In this document: positions 1-10,832 of the stretch, in pieces
How the letters are laid out: each line of letters opens with the position of its first letter
Position numbering within the stretch: position 1 is the stretch's first letter
Assembly (NCBI GenBank): GCA_943788985.1
Contig: CALSSJ010000010.1
Span: 128,001-192,000, forward strand
DNA: 64,000 bases
Direction: 5' to 3'
From: an uncultured Lentisphaerales bacterium
GTDB taxonomy: Bacteria > Verrucomicrobiota > Lentisphaeria > JABSQK01 > UBA12247
Program-made: the position numbers and the translations under genes
The notes under the pieces: generated by a model
What the model saw: the letters and a program-made list of their open reading frames with translations, nothing else
Told to the model about the DNA's origin: nothing
Databases searched by the model: none

Positions 1-819
1 ACGATTGGCAACTATGGGTTGGCATGGACGAGTGGCTTGATGAGCGGCCCGGCATGCGCCGCGGTAGTTGGCAGGTTTTGGACGGCGCAAGGGTGGGGCC
101 CCGAATATCACGCGCCCTACGCGCTCTGCATCGGTGCCAGTACGATCGCGGCGCTTCTGGCGTTCCAGCGATTTCGACACGACCCACCGACGACCGCGCA
201 CAAAGAGAGAACCAAATTCTGGAGGAGTTTCGACACCGACGACTACACCCGGTTCATGATCATAGCATTGCTCATGAACTTGGTCGGCAACATCAGTGCG
301 GGAATCGTGCGCAACCTGGTCGCTATCCTTGAGGTCACGACCGCCACCGGCGGATTGGTGAAAATCAGTCAAGAGCAGGCCGGTTATCTGAGTGCGGCAT
401 TGTCGGGCGCAATTTTCGTATCGATTCTGCTCTTTCGTTTCTACCGAAAGTGGGCCATGTCTATGCGCTACGTCCTCGGCCTGCAGGCCCTGATCCTGCC
501 TGCGGCTTTGATCTTCCTGTGCACCCATGACTATTGGTTGTTCGTGTTGGCAGCTGTCTGCGTAGGCTTCATGAACGGCTTTGCGTTCTACAGCGCGGCC
601 TCGTACGCGCTTCAGGCAGGTGAGAAAGGGCAGCGCAACATCACGATCAATGAGGTCGTGGTTGGGCTCGGAGGCTTTACTGGCGCCATGGGGGGCGGCC
701 TCATCGCCCAGCATTTTGGCAACGCGATCGCGTTCGCATCGCCATTATTGGTGGTGATCGCAGTGGTGCCGTGGCAGTTTCGGCTGTATCGCAAAAGGCC
801 AGACGGCCCCTGGGAGTAG
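1..819 (+). CDS. MFS-type transporter, C-terminal part (5' truncated by window edge)
   Basis: Frame is open from base 1 to TAG at 817-819. Several hydrophobic helices with MFS-like spacing. Confidence 0.7.
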   Translation, partial: TIGNYGLAWTSGLMSGPACAAVVGRFWTAQGWGPEYHAPYALCIGASTIAALLAFQRFRHDPPTTAHKERTKFWRSFDTDDYTRFMIIALLMNLVGNISAGIVRNLVAILEVTTATGGLVKISQEQAGYLSAALSGAIFVSILLFRFYRKWAMSMRYVLGLQALILPAALIFLCTHDYWLFVLAAVCVGFMNGFAFYSAASYALQAGEKGQRNITINEVVVGLGGFTGAMGGGLIAQHFGNAIAFASPLLVVIAVVPWQFRLYRKRPDGPWE

Positions 820-1109
820 TTCGTTGGCTTGGCGTGCGTCATAGCCGAGGCGTACCAAGCGTCATCCGCTCGCCTATGAGTGAGGAGGCAGGCTGCATTG
901 GGGCAGCGCGGCACGGGATGCGGGGCCTCACATTGGCCCCATCTGAGGTGATGTCTATGCCCGTCCTGCAAGGTGGCGCGACGCTGATCTGCCCCCGGAC
1001 GTCTGTTCTCTCTAGCCTTACCGTACAGTCCCGTGAGGCTCGCAATCTAGACGGATTCTCGTAATGTTCACGCCCGCGAGACAATCATAACCGCTTACTG
1101 GACACGGCC

Positions 1110-2309
1110 TTGCAACAACCCCGCAGACTCGAGAATGTCGACTACGATGCCTTCGGTGAGGAGGTTTTTGCACTCAGGGACGAAATCCACGCCAAGCTTG
1201 GCAAGGAAGACCTGGCGCATCTGTGGCGGATGATCTGGCTTAATCGGATGTTCACCTTCATTGGCTACGCGACAGCGTGGATTCCAAACCCGATCAGCAT
1301 TTACTGTCTGAGCCAAGGAGTTTTCGGGCGCTGGTTGATCACCCACCATGTCAGCCACGGTGGCTACGACGCGGTACCGAACGTACCCGAGCGGTTCAAG
1401 AGTAAGGTCTTCGGCCGGGGGCATCGTCGCTGGCGGGATTGGTTCGATTGGATCATCCCGGAAGCTTGGCATCACGAGCATAATATCCTGCACCATTGCC
1501 ACACCAGCGAGGTGAAGGATCCGGATCTTGTCGAAGATTTATCCGAGTTTTTACGAAGTTCCGGCCTCCCGAAACCGCTCAAGTACGTGATCATTTTTCT
1601 GGCTGGGATCACCTGGAAGTTCAGCTACTACGCACCAAACACCTTACGGACCATGGATCACAACGGGGTGGAGCCGACCACGTCATTGTGGCGCGCAGTC
1701 TGGTGCAATGGGCTGGATCTGCGAGTTTCTCGGGTACGCCGCCTCTGGCTCTCCTGCTATTTCCCGTACGCCACGGTGACCTTTATTCTGATCCCGTTGG
1801 CCTTCCTTCCCTTTGGCAAGTGGGTCGTCCTGTCAGTCCTGATTAATCGCGTACTGGCCGAGTTCCTGACTAACTTTCACTCGTTCTTGGTCATCGCCCC
1901 GAACCACGCTGGCGAGGATCTGTATCGCTTCGATTATCGCTATAAGGGCCGCGGTGAGTTTGCCGTGAACCAAGTCATCTCGTCCTGCAATTATCATTGT
2001 GGCTCGCCGATTGGCGACTACCTGCAAATCTGGCTCAACTATCAGATCGAGCATCACATCTTCCCGCGGCTCCCGATGATTCGCTACCGAGAGTGCCAGC
2101 CTGTCGTCAAAGAGATCTGCGAGCGCCACGGCGTCCCCTACGTGCAGGAACCCGTCTGGAAACGTTTCTGGCGCATGGTCCAAATCATGGTTGGCGACAC
2201 CAGCATGCAATGGCTGTGCGAGGCGGAAATTCAGCAGATGGTGCCTCCGGCAGTCGCCACGTGTCCCAGCGCTTCCGAGGACGCGGGGACCCATGGCAAA
2301 GCGGCGTAA
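1110..2309 (+). CDS. Membrane fatty acid (acyl-CoA) desaturase
   Basis: Three His boxes: HHVSH, HHEHNILHH and QIEHHIFP. Hydrophobic segments. TTG start. Confidence 0.9.
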   Translation: MQQPRRLENVDYDAFGEEVFALRDEIHAKLGKEDLAHLWRMIWLNRMFTFIGYATAWIPNPISIYCLSQGVFGRWLITHHVSHGGYDAVPNVPERFKSKVFGRGHRRWRDWFDWIIPEAWHHEHNILHHCHTSEVKDPDLVEDLSEFLRSSGLPKPLKYVIIFLAGITWKFSYYAPNTLRTMDHNGVEPTTSLWRAVWCNGLDLRVSRVRRLWLSCYFPYATVTFILIPLAFLPFGKWVVLSVLINRVLAEFLTNFHSFLVIAPNHAGEDLYRFDYRYKGRGEFAVNQVISSCNYHCGSPIGDYLQIWLNYQIEHHIFPRLPMIRYRECQPVVKEICERHGVPYVQEPVWKRFWRMVQIMVGDTSMQWLCEAEIQQMVPPAVATCPSASEDAGTHGKAA

Positions 2310-5300
2310 GGCGAAGGCGACTCAGCGCTCAGAACAGAGTGCGGTGGCGTCGGCACTCTCCTTTCAGTGGTGTGCGATCGGCTTGATCGTCCTCGCGACC
2401 ATCCTCGTCTATGGGCGCACGGTGAGCTTCGAGTTTACCAACTGGGATGACAACGTTCTGCTGCTGGAGAACGAAGCGGTCAGGTCGCTATCACCCGCTG
2501 GAATCGTCGAGATTTTTACCCCCAAAGCCGGTGCCACCTATCAGCCGATTCGCGTATTGAGCTATGCCATCAACTGGGCCATCCATGAGGACAGCCCGAT
2601 GGGCTACCATCTGATCAACATGATCCTGCATGGCCTGGGTGCAGTCTTTCTGTTTCTACTGTTGTTTGACGGTTTGCCGCGCCTGCTTGGGCCGGAGCAA
2701 CGGCATACCGGCATGGTCGCTCTGATTGTCGCCCTGCTCTTTGCCGTGCATCCAGTGAACGTCGAATCCGTGGCCTGGGTGTCTTCCCGCAAGTATGGCT
2801 TGCTGGGCAGCTTTTACTTTTCGGCCTGGTGGCTGTATGTACGCGGGACGGCAGGCGAGTCGCTCGACTGGCGCTTCCTCGGCGGGGCACTGGCCTGTAC
2901 CCTGTGTGCAGTCCTCTCGAGTCCGTTTGGCGTGACCCTTCCAGCCATGATCGTGATGTATGACTATTGCAGTCGCCGCGAGCTCAACCCGCTACCGCTC
3001 GCTGTAGAGCGGAAGTTGCCCTACGCGCTGTTCTTCTTTTGTGCGATCGGGATCGTTCCGTTGCTGATGAGTCTGGCGCCCTCGAAAAAGCAGATCGTCT
3101 CGCATGTAATCAAGGAGAACCGCGCCTACACGCTCTTGACCATGCATCGCTGTGTGTTCGACTACGGCCGCAATTTGGCCGCTCCCTTCTGGCTGAACAA
3201 CCGCTACCCGGATCGCTTCGTCAAAACCATCGGCAATCCCAAGGTTTTGATTGTGCTAGTGGGTGCGCTGGCGCTCATCGGCCTGGTCATCATCAACTGG
3301 CGCCAGAAGCAGATGGTCCCGCTCTTTTGCTTTGGCTGGTTCATGATCACTTGGCTCCCGGTCTCGAACATCATCGCTATCTCCACGCTGATGGCGGATC
3401 GCTACATGTACCTTGCGGCGATCGGCGTCTTTCTCGGAGCCGCACTGGCCAGTTCGCTGCTGCTGAAAGAGGCCCGCGTTCTTGCTGCTGTCTGGGCCGT
3501 CATCGTGGTCGCTATGGCCAGCATCGGCTATCAGCGCACCAGCGTGTGGCAAGACAGTGTCGCGCTCTGGAAGGATTCGATCGCCAAGGACTCCGGCAAC
3601 TACCTGGCCCATAACAGCCTAGCCAATGCCTATACCGAGCTGCGTGACTGGGACCTGGCGATGACGCACTACAAGCGAGCGCTGGCATTGAACAAGGACT
3701 ATCACGTCGTCCATTTTAACCTCGGCCAGCTCTATGATGATCTTCAGCAGTATGATGATGCGATCGCCTCCTATGAGCGATTTCTGGTCGAGATCGACAA
3801 GCGTGACGAGGACACGAACCGGGTCGACGCCATGATGAACTTAGGGGTGGCGCTCGGGTTCCAGGGCGAGTTTGGCAAGGCGCTTGCCTTACTCGAGGAC
3901 GCACTGGCCGTAGATGAGACCAGCCATCGTGGCCACAACAACCTCGCAAACGTCCTGAATCTCTCAGGCCGGGACGAGGAAGCCAAAGCATCCTACTTGC
4001 GGGCGCTTGAGCTTGAGCCAGACTTCCCCGAGGGGCACTATAACTTCGCCTCTCTCTACGCGAAGCTGAAACAAACCGACCTGGCAGTGAAGCACTATCG
4101 TCTGGCGCTCGAGCAAAATCCTGAGTATGCCGATGCCTACAACAATCTGGCGAACATTCTCAAAGACGCCGGGAAGCTCGACGAGTCCATCGCCTACTAC
4201 AAGAAGGCGCTCGGATTCTACCCGGATAACGCTGCGATCCACAACAACATCGCCGTTGCCTACCGCAAGAACGGGCAGAGTGGGCTTGCCAAGAAGCACA
4301 GCGATAAGGCCATGGCCCTCAATCCAAGCAATCCCGTGATCTACTTCCGCCAGGGGAATGACCTTGTCAAAGCAGGCAAGCTAGACGAGGCGCTAGTTGC
4401 CTACCAAGAAGCCATCGGCATTGACCCCTATCATGCCACCAGCCTGGCGCAGGTCGGGCACATTCATCGCTCGCGCAGTGAGCACGAGCAGGCGATCGCC
4501 CACTATGAGAAAGCCGTCGAGTATAATCCGCGATTGCGTACTGTGCAGCGCTATCTGGCCGAGCTCCTGACGCCGCGCAATCCAGAGCGCGCGATCCAAG
4601 TCTACCGCGATTACCTAGACCGGCACGCCGATGATCACAACGTCAGGATTAATCTTGGCGCCTTGCTGTTTGCCCAAAAGCGCACGGGCGAGGCCATTGT
4701 GGAGTACGCCATGGTATTGGAGGAAAAGCCGGACTTCTACGAGGCAAATCTGAACATCGCTGTGGCGCTGCAAACCAGCGGGCAGAAGGAGAAGGCTGTG
4801 GCTGCCTACCGGACTGCACTCAAGCTGAAGCCTGAGCAGACCAAGGTGCGCACTACGCTTGGCGCGCTGGAACTCGAGCTGGGCCAGTTCGAAGCCGCGA
4901 TCAAGGACCTGGAGCCGTTGGCCAGGGCGGATCGAAAAGTCGCAACCTTCTTTGGCTCACAGGCCAAGACCCGGCCTAAGTTTGCGGAGGCCCTCGCCAC
5001 GGCATGGGGCGAATCCAGCGAAGCAAACCTGCTCTACGTACTCGGTGCCACACTGGCCCAGGTCGGGCAGGTAGACGCGGCAATCGCCAGCCATCAGCGC
5101 GCACTCACGGTCGACGAGAAGCTGCTTGACTCACTGCAGGCGATTGGCAGCCTGCAGTTTCGCGCTGGTCGCTCGGCAGAGGCGCTCAAGGCCTTTCAAC
5201 AGGCACTGGCAATCGGCCCTGCTACCGCCGAGATTCATAACAATCTCGCCTCAGCCTACTTCTCGGCCCAGCAGCCGAAGAAGGCGATTGAGCACTTTGA

Positions 5301-5382
5301 ACTCGCACTCAAGTTGGACCCGAATCACAAGTTGGCAAGGGAGAATCTCTCCCGCATCCGCGGTGCCATCGAGCAGCCGTAG
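2293..5382 (+). CDS. TMTC-like GT-C glycosyltransferase with long C-terminal TPR array
   Basis: Motifs NWDD, YQPIRVLSY, FAVHPVNVESVAWVSSRK and MADRYMYL, followed by many TPRs. ATG at 2293 overlaps the desaturase end. Confidence 0.85.
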   Translation: MAKRRKAKATQRSEQSAVASALSFQWCAIGLIVLATILVYGRTVSFEFTNWDDNVLLLENEAVRSLSPAGIVEIFTPKAGATYQPIRVLSYAINWAIHEDSPMGYHLINMILHGLGAVFLFLLLFDGLPRLLGPEQRHTGMVALIVALLFAVHPVNVESVAWVSSRKYGLLGSFYFSAWWLYVRGTAGESLDWRFLGGALACTLCAVLSSPFGVTLPAMIVMYDYCSRRELNPLPLAVERKLPYALFFFCAIGIVPLLMSLAPSKKQIVSHVIKENRAYTLLTMHRCVFDYGRNLAAPFWLNNRYPDRFVKTIGNPKVLIVLVGALALIGLVIINWRQKQMVPLFCFGWFMITWLPVSNIIAISTLMADRYMYLAAIGVFLGAALASSLLLKEARVLAAVWAVIVVAMASIGYQRTSVWQDSVALWKDSIAKDSGNYLAHNSLANAYTELRDWDLAMTHYKRALALNKDYHVVHFNLGQLYDDLQQYDDAIASYERFLVEIDKRDEDTNRVDAMMNLGVALGFQGEFGKALALLEDALAVDETSHRGHNNLANVLNLSGRDEEAKASYLRALELEPDFPEGHYNFASLYAKLKQTDLAVKHYRLALEQNPEYADAYNNLANILKDAGKLDESIAYYKKALGFYPDNAAIHNNIAVAYRKNGQSGLAKKHSDKAMALNPSNPVIYFRQGNDLVKAGKLDEALVAYQEAIGIDPYHATSLAQVGHIHRSRSEHEQAIAHYEKAVEYNPRLRTVQRYLAELLTPRNPERAIQVYRDYLDRHADDHNVRINLGALLFAQKRTGEAIVEYAMVLEEKPDFYEANLNIAVALQTSGQKEKAVAAYRTALKLKPEQTKVRTTLGALELELGQFEAAIKDLEPLARADRKVATFFGSQAKTRPKFAEALATAWGESSEANLLYVLGATLAQVGQVDAAIASHQRALTVDEKLLDSLQAIGSLQFRAGRSAEALKAFQQALAIGPATAEIHNNLASAYFSAQQPKKAIEHFELALKLDPNHKLARENLSRIRGAIEQP

Positions 5383-5397
5383 TTCGTAAAATAGGAT

Positions 5398-5444
5398 CGG
5401 GGCTCCGTGCCCGTCGCAGTAGTAGAGACGAGCACGAAGCCCCG
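5398..5444. repeat. 18-bp imperfect inverted repeat (REP-like or terminator hairpin)
   Basis: cggggctccgtgcccgtc-N11-gacgagcacgaagccccg. The two mismatches become G-U pairs on the minus strand. Confidence 0.55.
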
Positions 5445-5492
5445 TCATATTTGATCAGCCATTGAATTCGCGCCACGCGCCTGCAACTTTCT

Positions 5493-7200
5493 GTGATTGG
5501 TATCGTACTGGAATTCGGAGGTGACGAGATGACGCGTACGTTCTTCGTCGATACGGTCCAGCAGGGGTGCCTACGCAAGACCCTCGAAGTCCTCGGCAAG
5601 GCCTACGGACCGCTGGCTTCCGGAGCCCCCATGGTTGATCCGGATGGCGAGAGTATCAGCATTGTGGTGAATTTGGCCGGTCAGCTCCGGGCCAGTGGCC
5701 CGTGGGCTGTGACGCGTGAGTTTTCCCCGCTTGCCGTGCCCAAACCAAGAGACCGCGCACCGACTTTCGGCCCTGCCTGCACTGGCAGCCGCGGCTGGTG
5801 ACCGATCGTTTGGGCCACGAGGAAACGCGATTCAGGCTGAATGATGCCGCCAGCGCCTTCCGCATCATTGCCGAAGGCAATACCTGGGATGGTGCAGTGG
5901 GGCGCGGTGAACCCGTCGTGCGCCCACAGCCCCAGCTGGATGTTGCAGCCTAGGCTCCCACGCTTCCGCTTGCAGGCGGTCGCATTCAGCTGCCCATCAC
6001 AATGCAGAACTACGGCCAATCTCAACTCCCAAGCTGCACGGTCCAGATGCAACGCAAGGGTGAAGAGGTCCAGACTATCCGCGACCCGGTCGAACTGCCT
6101 GCCGGCGAGACTAAGGCCGTGCGATATGACTGGACGGTTCGCGAGGGGCATGAGGCACTGCTTGTGCTGACAAGCGCTGGAGATCTCGAGGATCGGCGCG
6201 TGCTCAAACTGCCCAGCAAGGCGCTCGGCTAGCCGCACGAATATAGCACGAGTGGCGTGTTTACCCGCGAGATCGCTGTGCCGCTTGCCCTGCCCGAGCG
6301 GTCACTCACAGATCTTGAACCCACGCTCAGTTGCTACACGTCGGCGCTCGACCAGGCGAGTGAAGCGCTTAGCGGCATGCTCCGCGAGCCGCATGGCTGT
6401 TTCAAGCAGACCAGCGCCACCAACCACCCGAACGTACTCATTTTCCAGTACTTCAAGCAATTTCCAGAGCACGCGGATCCAGAGCTGATGGCATTCTCCC
6501 AACGTTTTCTGACCAGCGGCTAGGAGCGCCTGGCCGGTTCCGATTGCAGCAAAGGTGGGGTCTCCATGTACGGAAAATCTTCCCCGAGCCCGATGCAGAC
6601 AGCGTTGGCCGTTCTGCAGTTGACCGATATAGCGAAAATTCACGAGGCTGTTGAGCCGAAAGTGATCGAACGCGCACGGGCCTTGCTGCGCGGCCTCCGT
6701 CAACGCGACGGCTCCTTTACTACGAGCGCTTGTTGAGTCTGGCGCCACAGGCCTGCATGGGGCTGGCTGATGACTCCGCGCCGCGGCGGGCATTTCGGCG
6801 GAACACAGGCGACGGTACTGGCCCTGATCGCCCTCTTGAAGGTGGGCGGTGAGCGGCTCACTTGGTGATTTCCCGGTGCACGTAAATGGCGCGGCACCGA
6901 TCATCATGGATCTCGAGCAGACCGATCGACACTCCCTCTCGATCCAATACGGCCGGAACGTGATCACCTTGCTCAGCGAGAGCGCCGCGCCAGTTCCCTT
7001 TCAGTTTCACGTCCAGACCAGATTGCGAATTCCGCAAAACTCGATCAGTTCAAACTTGCGCCTCGAGTTCCAGGGCCCCACGACTGCCAATCTCGCCGAA
7101 TTGGTGGAATGGAAACTGATACTGCGCAATACTGGCAAGATCGCGTTACCGAATGTGGTGGTCGAGCTTGGGGCGCCAGCCGTGCTCTTACGGCAGGTCG
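5493..7200 (+). pseudogene. Decayed alpha-2-macroglobulin / thioester protein
   Basis: In-frame segments RTDFRPCLHWQPRLVTD, LPITMQNY, EPHGCFKQTS (degenerate thioester), QRDGSF and GHFGGTQATVLALIAL. Stops at 5951, 6230, 6521 and 6734, then a frame change near 6850. Confidence 0.75.
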
Positions 7201-7249
7201 CACGCCCGGTTCGCCGCACCTTCCGACATTCAGGTCCCGGCGGAGTAAG

Positions 7250-7700
7250 CTATATGGCCGTGGTACCTCAGGCGCGAAAGGCGAGTCTCAATACGCGGAT
7301 ACCATGGAGTTGGTCCTTTTCACCAGCGCCATGCCTGGGATCGGCACGAGCCGCAAGGACTACTTCTATTCGAACCCGCTGCCGGTGAACGCAGCTGGCT
7401 GCGAGGAAACCGAGACCGAGTTTTTTACCCGCACAGGCTACGTCGAATGTTTCTGTTGTCCGTCGAATCTGGTACGGACCATCGCCAAAGTCTCCGGCTG
7501 GGCCTACAGCCTTGCGGACAATGGCGTGGCCGTGAATCTCTACGGGGGCAATACCCCCGATACCACGCTGATAGATGGCTCTGCGCTAAAGCTTAACCAA
7601 GAGAGCGCACATCCCTGAGACGGGCAGGTCAAGATCACCATCGATACCTGCAAGGCTGAGCCGTTCTCCCTGATGCTGCGGACCCCAGATTGGGCAGAAG
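7250..7700 (+). pseudogene. Fragment of GH127 (beta-L-arabinofuranosidase-like, DUF1680) glycoside hydrolase
   Basis: YADTMELVLF, YFYSNPL, CFCCPSNLVRTIA and NLY, then HP*DGQV (YPWDG-like) with TGA at 7616 and LRTPDWA. No N-terminal half. Confidence 0.75.
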
Positions 7701-7759
7701 GCCGCCACTGCCCTCCAACCATGGTCGTTAGCTCACCAGACCGTCTGCGGTCAGTGAAG

Positions 7760-8329
7760 TCAGTCGCTTGCGCAGTTCGCCAGAAACCAGCGATGAATGG
7801 CGAGGTCCTCGGTCAGTTCCGGGTGAAACGTCGTCGCCAGATGGCGACCGTTGCGCACCATCACTGGAATGCCTTTGTGTTCGGCCATAACCTGTGCGTC
7901 TCCCGTCTCGATGATACGAGGAGCGCGGATAAACAGGTAGGTCGCACGATGGGCGGGCTCAATCGCGACCGCCAGCTCCGCCGCAAAGCTCTCGTTCTGC
8001 GCGCCATAGGCGTTGCGCTCGATCACCATGTCCAGAAGCCCCAGTGAGCGTTGTTGCGGATTTCGCACTTCGCGCGCCATGAGAATGCTGCCGGCGCACA
8101 CGCCCCAGACCGACTTGTGCGCAGCGAACAGCACCAGCGCCTGCCACATCTCGCTGGACGCCGCGCGTAGCATAGTCGAGCTTTCGCCGCCGGGAATCAC
8201 TAGCGCGTCGAGCCCGCTCAGCTGGCCTGGTTCCAGCACTTTTGCGGTCTCCGCACCGCATGCTGCGAACTTCGCAGTATGCGGCTCAAGGCAGCCTTGC
8301 AGACCAAGCAGGCCGATCTTTTTCGTCAC
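7760..8329 (-). CDS. pdxT: PLP synthase glutaminase subunit
   Basis: LQG, PGGESS, GVCAG, RNAYG, FIRAP and FHPE motifs. Adjacent to pdxS. Confidence 0.95.
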   Translation of the reverse strand: MTKKIGLLGLQGCLEPHTAKFAACGAETAKVLEPGQLSGLDALVIPGGESSTMLRAASSEMWQALVLFAAHKSVWGVCAGSILMAREVRNPQQRSLGLLDMVIERNAYGAQNESFAAELAVAIEPAHRATYLFIRAPRIIETGDAQVMAEHKGIPVMVRNGRHLATTFHPELTEDLAIHRWFLANCASD

Positions 8330-9210
8330 TACCAGCCGCGGCCAGCGAGCCGCTCGGCAGCGGGGATCGACTCCATGGTCAGGCTTGGCATGGCCTCGCC
8401 TAGATTGCGGGAGGCTTCCATCACTTTGGCTGGGTCGTTATAGTAAATCGTTGCTTCGACAATCGCCCGGGCGAACCCCGGCGGATCGGACGAACGAAAG
8501 ATTCCAGACCCAACAAACACCGACTCGGCACCAATTTGGCGCAAGAGTGACGCATCAGCAGGAGTCGCGACGCCGCCAGCGGCAAAATTTGGAACTGGAA
8601 GCTTGCCGTGCTCAGCCACATACTGCACCAAGTGCAGCGGTGCTTGCAGATTCTTGGCCGCTGCGTACAACTCAGCGCTGTCCATCTGGGTCAGCTTCTT
8701 TATCTCTTGAACGATCGTGCGCATGTGCCGCACCCCTTCGACGACGTTGCCGGTACCAGCTTCGCCCTTGGTGCGAATCAGGCAGGCGCCTTCGCTGATG
8801 CGTCGAAGTGCCTCGCCAAGATTGGTGGCGCCACAGACAAACGGTGCGTCGAACAGCGTCTTGTCCACGTGGTTGTCGTCATCCGCAGGCGTCAGGACCT
8901 CGCTTTCATCGATAAAGTCGATGCCCAGCGCCTGCAAAACCTGCGCTTCGGCAAAATGACCAATCCGGCACTTGGCCATGACTGGGATCGAGACTGCTTC
9001 CTTGATCCGGGTGATCATCTCCGGGTCGCTCATCCGCGCCACGCCGCCCTCCTTGCGTATGTCGGAAGGCACGCGCTCCAAGGCCATGACTGCGCAGGCT
9101 CCGGCTTCCTCAGCGATCTTCGCCTCTTCGACATTCGTGACGTCCATAATCACGCCATTACAGAGCTGGCGTGCCAGCCCTACATTCAGCTGCCTGCGTT
9201 CCTCGGTCAT
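8329..9210 (-). CDS. pdxS: PLP synthase lyase subunit
   Basis: [29 protein letters not shown] and [13 protein letters not shown], ending RGW. ATG 9210 has an upstream AGAAGG. Confidence 0.97.
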   Translation of the reverse strand: MTEERRQLNVGLARQLCNGVIMDVTNVEEAKIAEEAGACAVMALERVPSDIRKEGGVARMSDPEMITRIKEAVSIPVMAKCRIGHFAEAQVLQALGIDFIDESEVLTPADDDNHVDKTLFDAPFVCGATNLGEALRRISEGACLIRTKGEAGTGNVVEGVRHMRTIVQEIKKLTQMDSAELYAAAKNLQAPLHLVQYVAEHGKLPVPNFAAGGVATPADASLLRQIGAESVFVGSGIFRSSDPPGFARAIVEATIYYNDPAKVMEASRNLGEAMPSLTMESIPAAERLAGRGW

Positions 9211-9302
9211 CGATCTACCTTCTAAATTCGCACGTGTTTGATGCATCTGGAAAAAACGGTACTAATAGTCGCTGCAGTCAAATTTTCCCTCGCAATTCCC
9301 CT

Positions 9303-9818
9303 ATGTCCACTCCAAAAATATTCGATGGCGCCCGTGATGCCTGGCTACTGCAGTCGGATGAGCAGCTTTTGCGCGACTGCCGGGTGGACAGCTACCGTGG
9401 CTCTGGTCCGGGCGGGCAGCACCGAAACACGTCCGATACCGCCGTGCGGCTGACTCATCAGCCGAGCGGGGCAATCAGTACGGCCAGTGAGCGACGGTCC
9501 CGCAAGCAGAATCATGCAGCAGCGGTCCAGCGCCTCCGGCACCAAATTGCGGTCTGCGTGCGCTGTTCGCCCGCAATCGCCCCTGAGAAGCCCAACTGGC
9601 AGCTGTCCCTGGCAAACCCGGCCTATCCGCTGCTGATTGCTCACGTTTTGGATGCCGTCCAAGAGGCAGAGGGCGCCGTGGGCGACACAGCCCGCGCCAT
9701 CGGCCTTTCGACCGGGAAGCTAATCCGCCTGTTGCACCGTGACTCAGCCGTTTGGCAGGCCGTCAATCGCGTTCGCGCCGAGCACGAGCTGCATCCTCTG
9801 AAGGCCCCTCACCGTTGA
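9303..9818 (+). CDS. Class I release-factor-like protein (GGQ domain) with C-terminal helical/HTH-like extension
   Basis: RGSGPGGQHRNTSDTAVRLTH and ERRSRKQN. Lacks the codon-recognition domains of RF1/RF2. Confidence 0.85.
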   Translation: MSTPKIFDGARDAWLLQSDEQLLRDCRVDSYRGSGPGGQHRNTSDTAVRLTHQPSGAISTASERRSRKQNHAAAVQRLRHQIAVCVRCSPAIAPEKPNWQLSLANPAYPLLIAHVLDAVQEAEGAVGDTARAIGLSTGKLIRLLHRDSAVWQAVNRVRAEHELHPLKAPHR

Positions 9819-10832
9819 GCACAAGCGATGCCCAGGCGATCGTCGACGAAGCTTCCACGCGAGCCGTGCGCCAAGGTGCCAGCGTTACTTACTGACTGCC
9901 CGGTCCCGATGGCCTGAATGTCCGCCTGCGCGTCGCCGGTGAGCAGCGCGACTTGTTGCATGTGCCTTGCGCGCTTGGGGCCCAATGCGTAACCAGACTG
10001 AAGGGGTTGGCCAAGCTGCTGACCTCTCAGCCCCGAATCTCGCAGGACGGTGCGCTTTGTCACACCTGCGGAGATCGTGCAGTAGCCCCACGCGTTTCCA
10101 CGCTTTCCACCTCGGATCGCGAGCGCGCCACTGGGCGGGTGCACCGTGCTATGCTTACCGAGCGCTAACTCGCGGACCTTGGTTTTTAGCCGGAGATCCT
10201 GCGCACCATCGAAAGCTGGCTCAAGCTGCCCGGGGGTCTGATCATCCTGCCTGTGCCTACAGGTTGTGGCAAGACCACGACTATCGATGCCATGGTGCGC
10301 GAGTTGCTGCGGCTCAATCAGGACCCGGCCAGCGTCATCACCCTAGAAGACCCCATCGAAGCAGAACTGCGTAGCGTTCCCCAAATGCGCGTCGGGCAGC
10401 TCAGCGATGGCGACGACTGTGGCTACGCTGCCGCTCTGCGCTTAGCGTTGCGCCAAAATGCGAAGGCGCTGCTCGTCGGATAGATGGGTGTTGGTGGCTA
10501 CTGCGCTCACCGGCCACCGCGTCATCACCACATCCCACACTGCCGACATTGCCTCCGTCTATGCGCCCATTCTTCATCAGGGCTTCGAGCCTTTTCTGGT
10601 CTCTGCCGCCATCACCGAGGTGATGACCCAACGGGTGATACGCGGCGCGGCTAGGGTCGTGCCGCGAGCCGCCGTACTGACTCCGGGCGATGACTGGCGT
10701 GAATTTCTCTGCACCGGCCCCGGCCTGCGGGACATCCGCAAACGAGCCGTGGCATTTCCCCTGATCAGCTTGAGTCGCCCCAGAGCTCAGTCCCGTCCTC
10801 ACTACCTTGCACCTGTTGCGGAACAGACCTGA
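9815..10832 (+). pseudogene. Decayed GspE/PilB-family secretion ATPase
   Basis: AVRQGAS, VRLRVAG, SQDG, Walker A PTGCGKTTT, ITLEDPIE and ALRQNAKALLVG*. Stops at 9893, 10166 and 10481, plus frameshifts. Confidence 0.85.

Noticed and set aside
820..1109. Short hairpins upstream of the desaturase as a riboswitch or thermometer
   Set aside because: The stems are only about 6 bp, which is expected by chance at this GC content, and match no consensus I recognise.
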